Below are positions 12,769 through 23,295 of a stretch of DNA of 64,000 nucleotides, piece by piece. This stretch comes from Marsupella aquatica. Lineage: Eukaryota > Plantae > Marchantiophyta. A model generated the notes under the pieces. The model did not search any database. It saw nothing but the letters and a program-made list of their open reading frames with translations, and was not told where the DNA came from. The stretch covers positions 16,646,645 through 16,710,644 of the forward strand of contig OZ316893.1 of NCBI GenBank assembly GCA_973895155.1, given 5' to 3'. Numbering within the stretch: position 1 is the first letter of the stretch; each line of letters begins with the position of its first letter. The translations under genes and the position numbers were made by a program.

Positions 12769-15700
12769 CTATAAGTTTAGAGAATTCTGCCTAGCTAGAA
12801 TGAGCCTCACCTCACCTACAGTCAAAATTGGCTGACTAGCCAAAGTTGAATCCACGACATCTAGTTTGAGGACGTTGGTATAAACCCAATATCGATGCTT
12901 GCAAGGCATGAAAGGCCGTCCATGAGAATGGCGACGATAGAAGTCCTCACAAGAACAGCAGGGGAAAATACAAATCTGCACCCAGTAAGTGTTTGCCATA
13001 CGAAGTTTCTCTTGGGTCTGGATCTGAAATTGTTTGCCCCAAGAGTTTCCGATTGAAACATCAAACTGTTGAATAAGTGTCATCAGCTCGTTGTTTGCAG
13101 ATTCAATTCTTTTGTTGTGTCCTTGTGAAAGATTTGAACGTGGGACTGTATTTTTACCATTCCTACTCCGAATGCGGATATTTGGCTCCAGGAGATTGAT
13201 TTTCTCAGGGAAAACATTCACATTGATTCGCAAGTCAAATGGAGATGGAGGAGCCTGACGTCCGGCCTCTGGATTGATCGCAATCCCTTGCTGAGATAGG
13301 AATTGGACCTCAGCTTCCGAAAGATTCGTGCCCTTTAAAACGGGCAGGGTATGAGGAAACGGGGAAAGATTCACCACATTACGACGGGGCCGACTCTTAT
13401 AGCATGCATTATTGGGATAGAACCAAATCATCTCAGGATGTGGTTCTCCCCTGAACATGCGGTGTCCTTTGACAACAATGCCAACTACACCATCCGTTGA
13501 CGGATAACCAACCTTTTTCAGATGATTTCGACAGTCATCTCGTTCCGATTTACCACCAAGAGATCCATTACATTGAGGCCCTGCACCATGTTTTGTCACT
13601 CTTTGTAGGTGCCAAGCACCTGGTCGCACGTCAGTCTCCAACACAGATGAGTCATGGACAACCCTTTGGAGGTTCGGAGGTGCACTTTGCGGTGCTACAG
13701 AAGACCTTGTCACCCTCCTCCACGGCGGAGTACTCCAATGACAGCCTTCTTTGATTTTGCTTTCCGAGAGATCCACAATGCCAATGTTATCGTGAACAGG
13801 TCCCTCTGCATTCGGGGAGAATTCGGTCTTGTTTAAGTTTTTCCTCTTCATACCTCGAGTATTTGGTGATGTTACAAGAATAGTGTCATGCCGATGGGAG
13901 TCTTGTGCCGAGATGTTCCCAGAGGCCTGACCTTTCCTCTTCATAGACTTTGTTGTAACATCCCCATTGAGTGGACCACTCCTTTCTAGGTCAAATTCAG
14001 CCGCACCGAAAAGAAGCATATTGGAAGCATCTTGGAAAAGTTTTGAAGAACCTGCCTGGTCCGCCGAACGGAATGCCAATTCCCAAATTGTAGGTCCGGT
14101 TCCTCGGTGAAGACCTCTCTTATACGCCGTATATGCTGCAACTTGTGAGACACCCCTGTTTTGGTCCATCTCACATTCTTCGAATAGGCCAGCCTTTTCC
14201 TTAGTTTGCCAAGCCTTCATTATGGAATGCGCCACCTCTGAAGTAGTACAGTTAGGAATCATAGCGCTTTCCTCCACGCTTTTGTTCTGCATCCACCATA
14301 GGAGCAGAGTTTAGGAAATATGACTTAGCCACATGTACATAAAATCAATGACAGCGCCTGGCGCTAGCAACATTCAAACTATATTTTTGCTAAATTTAAG
14401 AAACAAGTGGTCCATTAATACTAGCGCCGGGCGCTAGTATCAAAAACAAGATAATGATGAACAAAACCTACGAGACCACACTAACTGAAAATAATGGTAG
14501 CGCCAAGCGCTAGTATGAGTTTGAGTGGTTACTGGATGTTGAAACTCACCAAACGAATGAAATTTCCCCATTGACGCCATCGGACCACCCACCACGCCAA
14601 CCAACCTTGGAGCATTCGAAGCTTCCCTGGAACACAATTCCCAGATCTCCACCATACATCGATATCCCTTGAAATTCTGTACGCTCCAAGAAATGTGGAC
14701 GCGTTCCTTAAAGAGTCCTACATCTTTCGATGCTCATCTCGTTTTTCTTCCAATACACCTTCAATCGAGTGACGATGAAACGATTGATAGAAGTGAAACG
14801 CATCCGATCGCTCCTTTTCTGGGTTAGGATGTCCTCCGAAAAATACATTCCGAACAGCATTCCATCCAGCTTGGGCATTGTCAGCCATGAATCCATGGAT
14901 CACAACATTATCCAACCCATTTTCATGGCAAACCTCAATCATCAATTTCCAGGCTTTCTCTAGAGACTCTGAATCTTCTGCTTTCAACTCACATGTGAAA
15001 ATTGTGCAAAGAGCACGATAATTGTGATCATAAACATGTGCGCTAAAAGTTATCCAATCTTTTGTCATCCTCCTCATCACATCAAAACTGACCCATGCCC
15101 CTTCCAATGGACCTCCAGGCTGCATTTGGCGCAACAAATCAACTCCAGATCCGTGCCCTTTTACAGTCATTTTGAAAATATGTGGCCTATCCTCTTTATA
15201 GCCTTGACTTGGGAGCATGTAACATTGTAGAAAGGGAAAGATTATGCATTTATGCATTTCAACAAGAAACTCCAACTCACCTTTGCCTTTTTGGTCTTGC
15301 CGAACGCTTCGAAAAAGAGATGCAAACTTTTGAGGGGTCGAAACTACCATTAACGACTCCCAAATTTCTCTTTCCTCCAATTCACCAATGTCATTGTTGG
15401 ACACACAAAGAGCCTTCCTTAAAGATCCAATTATAGTGTTCTTCAGACCCGATGGTGTGGCACACGGCGTAGCTTCATGTTGTTTCTTTATGAAGTTGTG
15501 AGCAATCTTTTCAGCACCACGAGAAAAAACTTTTCGACTGGGATGAGCATGAGTTCCGACATGCACAGCAAGACGGGACATATGCTTACAAGTATCCGCG
15601 TCTAGAAGTAGTTGAGGGTACATATAAAAAAGCATTGCAGGACATGCTTCAGTACAAAAGGGTAATCGTTGGCAATAGTGACAAACTACGCCACCCTCGT

Positions 15701-16568
15701 CAATCATCTTTCCTACGGTATGTGGCCCCGCGAGTTTGGGTGTGCCATTCCAAGCTTTACAATTTCTTCATTTCTTCCGCAAAAGATAATCACACTTCTG
15801 ATTCTGACATTCTAGTGCTCCTGTACACGTCACTTTACCAAATTCCCAGAACTTTTTCGGTTGTACATTCGTAGAGGTTGGAAATATTCGTGTCCAGAAG
15901 TAGCAGTCTTTCGGCCGATCCATGTCACAGAGTCTTGAACCTTTTGAAAGAAGACCTTCTGCGGGAGGCAATTCAAATACAACGTTTCCATTGTATTTGC
16001 TTGGCAGGCAATTCACCTGCTCATGCCTGAAATCACATGTTCGGATGAATCGCGATAGTTCACTATGGCCAGTTGATTTGAGAATAGCATCCATCGCACT
16101 TCGACGATAGACAATACCTCCCGCAACACCCCCCACAACGTGTGTCTCCGCAACACCCCTCGCAACGTGTGTCTCGGAAGGAAACTGACCTTCCATCTTG
16201 ACCGAAGTTCCCGGATTGGGCGATTTTTGCGAATGAACGGCAACATCCTCCTCATCACTATCGGAAAGGTGAATGACGGGAACCAGATGAATTTCATTCG
16301 TAACGGAATTATCTCGAAGATTGATATAGTATCTCTTCCCAGCGTTCAGTTGCCAAAATCTGACTCCATCGTCGATATCAAACAATGCGTCACCAGCCTC
16401 GTCTCCAAAAGCATCAACAGGTTTGATGGAAAGAATGTCATTGATGCCAATGTCAAATCTTCCACAAAGATAGTTCTCACTAACCTGTTTGTACGTATCG
16501 GAAGAACCTAAAGGAATGCGTACAATCTCTCCAGTTCCAGAACGCAGAAGCACAACTGAATTAGACAT
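12769..16568 (-). pseudogene. MULE-type DDE transposase with Cys/His (GCM/WRKY-like) region and C-terminal SWIM finger; 2 exons, 2 premature stops
   Basis: Exon 16568-14550 reads through TGA at 15768 and TAG at 14718 in frame. GT-AG intron 14549-14287, then exon 14286-12769. Motifs: CxxC…C…HVGTHAHP, VSFDV, FMADNAQAGWNAVRNVF, SDAFHF, CTTSEVAHS, SWIM CSCEDF…PCKHRYWV. Confidence 0.85.
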
Positions 16569-17465
16569 TGAGGAACAATAATCCCGAATTGACAAACAGA
16601 GAAAATGAGAGAATAGGAGAACATAACCCGACTTAAGTTAAGTGAATTCGTAACAAACTCCAGAAGATTATCGTTTGTGAACGACAAAACGGGTACTAGT
16701 CGTAAAATGTAGAAACATAAATGTCATTTGTCGTTTTGCCAACGTCACTACGTACTGGTAACATCAATAATATAGTTTGAGAAACACGATCAGATATTTA
16801 CTAGCGCCCGGCGCTACCATAAATATGTCACGGAATTAAAACCTAAAACCAAACTTCATATGCTAGCGCCAGGCGCTATCATTAATCCACTTCCAATTAA
16901 TGGAGAAAAACTCTATTAATTTTATTGGAATAACAGAAATGTCAAAATACATTGAGTTTGTTTTATACAATTGTTGTTTGTAGGAAATATACACGTATAA
17001 AATATAGTTAGCGTCGGGCGCTGACATAATTTCATGGCTAACATCAGTGTTAATGATGTTATTCTGGTGGTTTTTGAATGCTAGCGCCTGGCGCTAGTAT
17101 CGAAAGGAATGACTTGTATTATCCCAACGGTTATATCTAACGGTAAAGTGCATGAACATACTCATTGTTTTGCACTTTTTGCAGTTGACTTCCTTAACAA
17201 TAGCCTACGGATCATCGCTCCTGCCTTACCCCACTTAAAAAGAGGTGTTACATATACTCATTCTAAACAGTATCGGCCACTTGTCCTTGTCATGATTGGT
17301 GAGTGAGATCCTTTTCTTCCGCATCGATCTACCTCTCATGATGTCAACCGCCCAAGTTTTAAAGGTTTCCTGGTTGTTCTTTTTGTACGGTAATCTATTC
17401 AGAGTGTGAGAATAGACACTGGCTCTGTGTCGTACAAGCACCTTCGCAAACTTTGGGGCTCCACG

Positions 17466-20400
17466 ATGCAACCTTCAAGCGCTCCAAGCTCTCCAAGAGG
17501 GTATACCACGGTTCCGGAGGGAGATCAGGGTCATTGCGAGAGTACACAATCTTCATTCTCTGGGGCATTCTATTCGCGTCGTGTTACAAGATCGAGCGGA
17601 GCGATTCCTTCATCGAACACAACACTCCCGAGCCAGAAGCCAAGAAGGGGCAGAATGGAGACTAATGGCATGACCGATTACGCTTTGGGAGAGGGCAACG
17701 AGGTAGGACTTGGAATGGATGAAGTCATCTCCAAACACATTATGTCGTTTGGGAAAGATTTCCGGGGTAATGAGAAGGAACCTCCACGGATTCCGCTTTG
17801 TCGCCTGGTCCACATGGAGGTTGTTCGGACATTACAGAAGGAGAGTGCGTCAATTGAGAAATTGAAAGACTCATTCCGAAGTAGTGGATACAATCCCAGG
17901 ATAGGAATGCGGTTTTTTGTACAACCGACCGATTCGGATGGTGTGGAGCAAATCTGCACTGAAGAGATCAGGGAGAGTTGGGATCCAATTTGGGTTGCTG
18001 AAAACGAGAAGTTTGAGCTGGAGTGCGAGGCAGATCCTGCCTTTATGATCTTGAAAGACAAAATGTTCTCAGTGTTCGACGGGAATCATCGACTTTACTC
18101 GTGGACGATGGTCACTAAGGAAAATCCTGACAACGTCAAGTATCATCCCAGAGTTCTCTGCACAATTTTCAAGGGTGACAAAGCTTCACAAATTCAGATT
18201 GAGGCGGCTATGCACACTGTGAACCAGTACGTTTTTTGCCCTAGCTTGTAATTAACGATTTCCGCAATACTTGTTGATTACACAAATATAGTGTTTATGG
18301 AGTGTTTATAAAATAATACAGTGTTTATAGGCTAATTGAGTGTTTAAGTTAAGCTAGCGCCCGACGCTAATAATTGAAAACCTGACCTATTGCAGGTTAG
18401 GGCAGGCCGTTGTTGAACCGTCATGGATCCTTGACGTAGACAGAATCCGGAGGATTCTTTCTCACGATCTAGAGCACTACAAGTCTATCATTGACAGCGC
18501 CAATTATGCAAAGTTTGAGTATATCAAACAGAAGACTCGAAAACATTCTTGGTACACAAGAAAAATGCCTCTGGAAGCTCTAGTCTATATTTTATGTGAA
18601 AACAAAATCAAAGCTTACACTAACCAGTTCAAGATGGACATGGCACTGGCAGCAAGTCAAGGCAATCCTTGGTCGGCTGATGACATCACAAAGCGGCAAT
18701 CGCTCATGTTGAAAGAATCTACTAAAGATTGGTCCACAAAAACGTCCAAAATCACTCCTCTTCTTAGTCCTGAGTTTGAAGATTTTCTAGGTACCTGTGC
18801 AGAGATGTATGTTTTGACAGAGAAAAACAAGCGAGAGAAAAAACCAGATTCGGTTGTTTGCACTATGGACCGTGCCAGACTCTTCACTGCAGTTTCGGCG
18901 CTTGATCCAAAATTGAGGTGTACATTGCTCGTTGCTCACTGTACTCCAGAGTTGAGAAAACAATTCTTCCACCCTTCGAGTGTGAACGATGATCCAGTGA
19001 AGCAGTGGTGCCACACATGGCAAACATGGAATACCGTCGAGGGAATTGCAATTGGGATGCTACACTCAGCAATTTCCGTAGCGATTGAAATGCTACCGGT
19101 TGATAGGCTTGCCCAGTCAGGGTGTGACTCGGTAGAAAATCTGATTGAAGTAATTTCAAGTGAATTCCGAAGGTATGGGGATCTTGTGAAGGCAAAGTTC
19201 TTCAACACCATGTGGCCATCAAAATACCCTGATAAAGAGGTATATACCGAGAAAAATCAGAAGAGGGCCAAGAGGTATTTGTATCGTTTCTACATTTGGA
19301 TGGAAATTCATTCCCCGGATGCTCTTTGGTTGTATCCAGCCGCATTTCACAAGTGGATTACTGTAAAGGAGGGAGATCTTGTTTGTGACTTATACTCGAT
19401 GTATCCTGCCAAGGGTAAACTACCCCCAAGGGAAATGTCCGATTGGGAAAGAATTCACTGCCCATGGTACCTTGACACAGACAAGTGGGATTCACCCTTT
19501 GATGAAGTGGAGAAGGATTCGTTTCTGAAACTTGCAAAGTCGTAGATCCTTCCCAACATTGTTTCTGAGATGAAGCAAGGTCTCCTTAGCGACGTCGATA
19601 AATCTTCTACAGAGTTACAGACAATCTGTGAGACAGTAGTTGTCCATGTAGATTGGAGCCGCAAGCCACGAGGGAAAGTTAAAATAGACACTACAGTGCC
19701 AAGTGCCTCCACGCGATCCGGAAAGAAACGTAAGTTTTCAATCTTTTATCAAATGTTTGCTAGCGCCCGGCGCTGCCATTCTTGTGATTCAATCTTCATC
19801 AGTGTTTGCTTGAAGGCCCTAATCCCACATTCTTTGCAATATGTCCATAGGTCAAAAGAAGTTAGATGCAGATGGCACAGATGATACGAAGGTTACTCCA
19901 GAAGCTTCAGAAGCAAATACTGGCGCTTTGCCAGATCCACTTACACCAGTTAATTCTGGGAAATTGATTGTCCCAGTCGATGCGACGAGTACAAAAAAGA
20001 AAAGCAGAAGGACTCGAGATGCTGGACAATCAGAACGGGATTCTCAAGCTGCCACTGGGCTCCAACGTGATGTTGGGGATTTTAAAGCCAAGTCGTCTCG
20101 TCATTGTTTCGTTGAGACCAGTGTCAGTGAACTTGTGGACAGTGTGTTTAATAAGGAGGAGAAGCCGGAATGGGTAAATGATGCCGAAAAGTGGGGGAAA
20201 GACCTGATCAAATCTGGATGCCGGCTGAAAGGAGTGGTGAGGGGTGGGAAGCAAAGACCTTTTGGTGTTGACGCTAGTTTTTTTTACTTGCCAACTGGAC
20301 TAAAACCGACTTTGCTTGACAGAAAGGTCCCTAAATGGAACGTCCCCGACTGTACCCTAGCCCGATCCTTTTTCCGGGCAATGGATCCTTTTTTGTCGGA

Positions 20401-20949
20401 TGACGGAATTATTGCGATACTCCATACGGGGGAGTATGATCAAATTTCGCAGGTCATCTCCGCTTATCAAGAGTCCAAGAAATTCCAGTGTCTATGTACA
20501 CATAATGTCGTCATGGGGTTCCCAATGTACAAAGCGAAGTCTGATTTACAGGTAATTTTATTGATCCTTTTGCTAGCGCCCGACGCTATTCATATTATCT
20601 ATTACTCATTTTTTCGTTTTTTAAAATATTCTTGGTGTTGACATAAAACCCTAAACTTCTCGTCCTCAGGTCAGACTGGAATCTTTGCCGGCGTTTCAAA
20701 CTCAGAAGGAAAGTAGCTAGGCGATATATTAAAACTCCCGAGAAACCATTTGTACTACCTTCCTATGCTGAGAATATTGCTAGACGAGCTGATAGTGTGC
20801 GGACCCTCCATTGGGAGCATAAAGGTTTGAGATTAAGGAGAGGGTCTGATAGAAAATTTATTCGTAGTCGATATGTTGATGATATGGCCGAGAACGAATT
20901 TTTAGACATGGAGGCAGAATCCACCGACAGGTCCGAGTCAAGTGAATAA
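17466..20949 (+). pseudogene. Spliced accessory gene: ParB/Srx-like N-terminal domain, unknown helical region and degenerate amino-methyltransferase-like segment
   Basis: In-frame GT-AG introns 18227-18395 and 19730-19850 join ORFs 17406, 18565, 19570 and 19841. A third intron is at 20552-~20669, and the last exon appears frameshifted. One in-frame TAG at 19543. Motifs IPLCRL…VRTL…IEKLKDSF…FSVFDGNHRLYSW and VDASFFYLPTG…PKWN…FLSDDGIIAILH. Confidence 0.7.
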
Positions 20950-21993
20950 GAATTCTCAGATTGATTTCCCTCGGACGGGTATTTTGGGATTTATATACAC
21001 TGAAGTTATACTAGCGCCGGGCGCTACTGTTATGTAACCTAGAAACATTGTTTATTCAAATGTATTCGATACATTGGATACTTTTTTGGTGTATCTTTAT
21101 TCTATTATGTTCTCTATATTCGAATGTTTTTATGGTAGCGCCTGGTGCTACCATAATTTAATGTCCATGATCATATACCCGCATATTTTTCAATTTGGTT
21201 TTGTCCATTTTCAGGGTAGGTTTACTTCCTAAGACTGGACATTCCGATTGGTCGGAAACAATTGACCTGCAACTCCGTTTATTTTGTGTCTATTTCTCAA
21301 TTGAATTATGCTAGCGCCTGGCGCTAGCAAAACATATTTCGGAAACATTGTCCGTTAAGTGTTTTCCACATGTCAGAGACAACTGTTTTGTTTGTTCCTT
21401 CTGTTATTAACGTAAACATTTTAATACTCTAATATTAGCATCGGGCGCTACTATAACTGTATGACGGTCAAGGCTATCTTACAATGATTCTCCCGTACGC
21501 TCTGGATGACGTCATTGGAAGTTTCAAGGTAATCTTTTGTCCCGTTCTAAGTTCGTTCGGCCTGTCGCGACTCGCATGTGAGTTGATACCGGATTTTTCT
21601 CATACAAACGGTCACTTCACGTCACAACGGGACTTTGCATGCCAGAAACATTTTGGGATTCCAATAATGGTTTTGGTCGACTGTTTCTGAATGGAGACGA
21701 TGGTAAACGTCGCAACTATCATGTGAGATGGGAGTGATCGTTCCATGTTGAACGGGTAGTTTGGGGACTTTGAGGGTGCAACGTCCAACCCCTCCCTCAT
21801 TTCGATGGGCGTATCCAGGTCGAACGGGTTTGCTTATAATACTTGGGAGATTAAATCCCGACTGCCTAGTTTCGCTACTGCTTTAGTGGTTTCTGTTCCC
21901 ACTTTTGATAATCTTGGAGCTCTTTCGCTGACCGGGGTCGTATTGACAACTATATCTTTGAATCTGCCATCCGCTGCCTAGAGGTGTCTTACC

Positions 21994-22470
21994 ATGAATA
22001 ACCCGAGGAGAATCTCCATGGCCTCTTTTCAGAGACACACAACAATCATTTCAGAGGAGGGCTCGGTTCCAGAAACTGAGCAACCTGAATGGTCGGAGAC
22101 AACTGCTTTCCGCAACCGTTTTAGTCTCCCCCAAGACGAAGCCATTAGTCCTGGTGACAATCTGATCCCATGGCTGAGGGATTCTCCGCCTAGGATATTT
22201 GCAGAGCGGTTTACAATTCACTGGCCACCTCCTCCTTACAGTCCAACTCGGGAGGATGAGATGAGGAAACAGGAAGAACTTGGTCGTGTTGATTTCCAGA
22301 ACACGACCATTCCTGGCATGTTTCCCCGAACTGGTGATGAGCGAGTTTCGTCGATGGCGTTCGTGAGGAATTGTGAGCTCAGTTTTGTTCCAGATAGAGC
22401 CCGATCTAATGCTGGAGTGAACGATGAATGTGGCTCATCGACCAATGAGCGGACTAGCGCCCGGCGCTAG
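21994..22470 (+). CDS. Possible third MULE gene or exon (158 aa, Pro/Glu-rich), unknown function
   Basis: ATG-started ORF inside the MULE. Its stop codon is supplied by a palindrome copy. No recognisable motif. Confidence 0.3.
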   Translation: MNNPRRISMASFQRHTTIISEEGSVPETEQPEWSETTAFRNRFSLPQDEAISPGDNLIPWLRDSPPRIFAERFTIHWPPPPYSPTREDEMRKQEELGRVDFQNTTIPGMFPRTGDERVSSMAFVRNCELSFVPDRARSNAGVNDECGSSTNERTSARR

Positions 22471-23214
22471 CGTTGGTCGATAAGACTATGGTGCCCATTG
22501 CTCTCAAGTTTTTCCAAATGTGATGAAGACTTCGTCGGGACTCGACCGGAATTTAGAAATCTTGTCGTTAGATGTAGCCATTTTGGTTATCGATTGTGTG
22601 GAGTTCGGTGAAGTGCCTAGCACTAGTTTACTGTTCGGCCATTTTAAGCGAGAGGCGTCGGATGCGCATAGCTTTTTGAAACTTTCATACCTTCTGTTTA
22701 CGGTGTGGTTATGCGGATCACTTTTATCTTTTGTAAGCGCCTGGCGCTACCATCTTACTTAAAAAAATTGTATCGCAAGACTTTGTGGCTTTGGGGTGGC
22801 ATTCAATTATGCGAATTGGTTGGAGTCTGTTCTTTTGGATGTATAACCCTAAATGTCGGTCCGATGGTCCCTGTGGTTTTGTCGTATTTATCACGTCGGC
22901 CTCCGTCTAATTGAGCAATATAACTAGCGCCCGGCGCTAGTATCTGCACCGGTCCGACGGATGTGTCAGAGTTTCTTGTTTAGAGCTCCATTATGTACAA
23001 TTACAATGGCAGCGCCTAGTGCATTAATGTGCTTTTCAGTATAACCTAGGTTCAAATGTACCGTTCCCCTCGGCTTAGTATTCTAGCCCCTGTTGCTATT
23101 CTACATCATTTTTTTTTGGACTTGACTATAGTCTTCTAAAAGCCCCATTTTAGGGGTCAAGTTCTTGCTTAACAACAGACAAGTTTCCGGTATTTTTCTT
23201 TTAAGTTTGGTGTG

Positions 23215-23293
23215 TTCGGTTTCCTATTTCTTGTCATCGGTTCCTGTTTTGGGTTTCCTGTTTTCCTGTTTCCTGTCTTATGTAAATACCCCG
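23215..23293 (-). repeat. Right TIR/subterminal ACAGGAAA repeats of the MULE
   Basis: The reverse complement reads cggggtatttacataAGACAGGAAACAGGAAAACAGGAAACC…. Confidence 0.8.
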
Positions 23294-23295
23294 GT

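Larger units (their letters stand above)
12442..23098. repeat. Dispersed palindrome TAGCGCCNGGCGCTA, about 18 clear and 3 degenerate copies
   Basis: 15-mer starts at 12657, 14352, 14422, 14498, 16802, 16864, 17009, 17082, 18355, 19761, 20574, 21012, 21136, 21312, 21436, 22455, 22735 and 22925. Degenerate copies at 12442, 23010 and 23084. Confidence 0.95.
12166..23293. mobile_element. 11.1-kb Mutator-like (MULE) DNA transposon with two divergent spliced genes
   Basis: CGGG…CCCG ends and imperfect TIRs sharing AGACAGGAAA(T/C)AGGAAAACAG 15 bp in from each end. TSD GTATGA (12160-12165 and 23294-23299). Encodes a MULE-type transposase. Confidence 0.88.

Noticed and set aside
12442-23098. Palindromes as a CRISPR array, REP/MITE family or terminators
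   Set aside because: Spacing is irregular (about 60-2300 bp), there are no cas genes, no TSDs or shared flanks around copies, no poly-T tails, and the context is eukaryotic.
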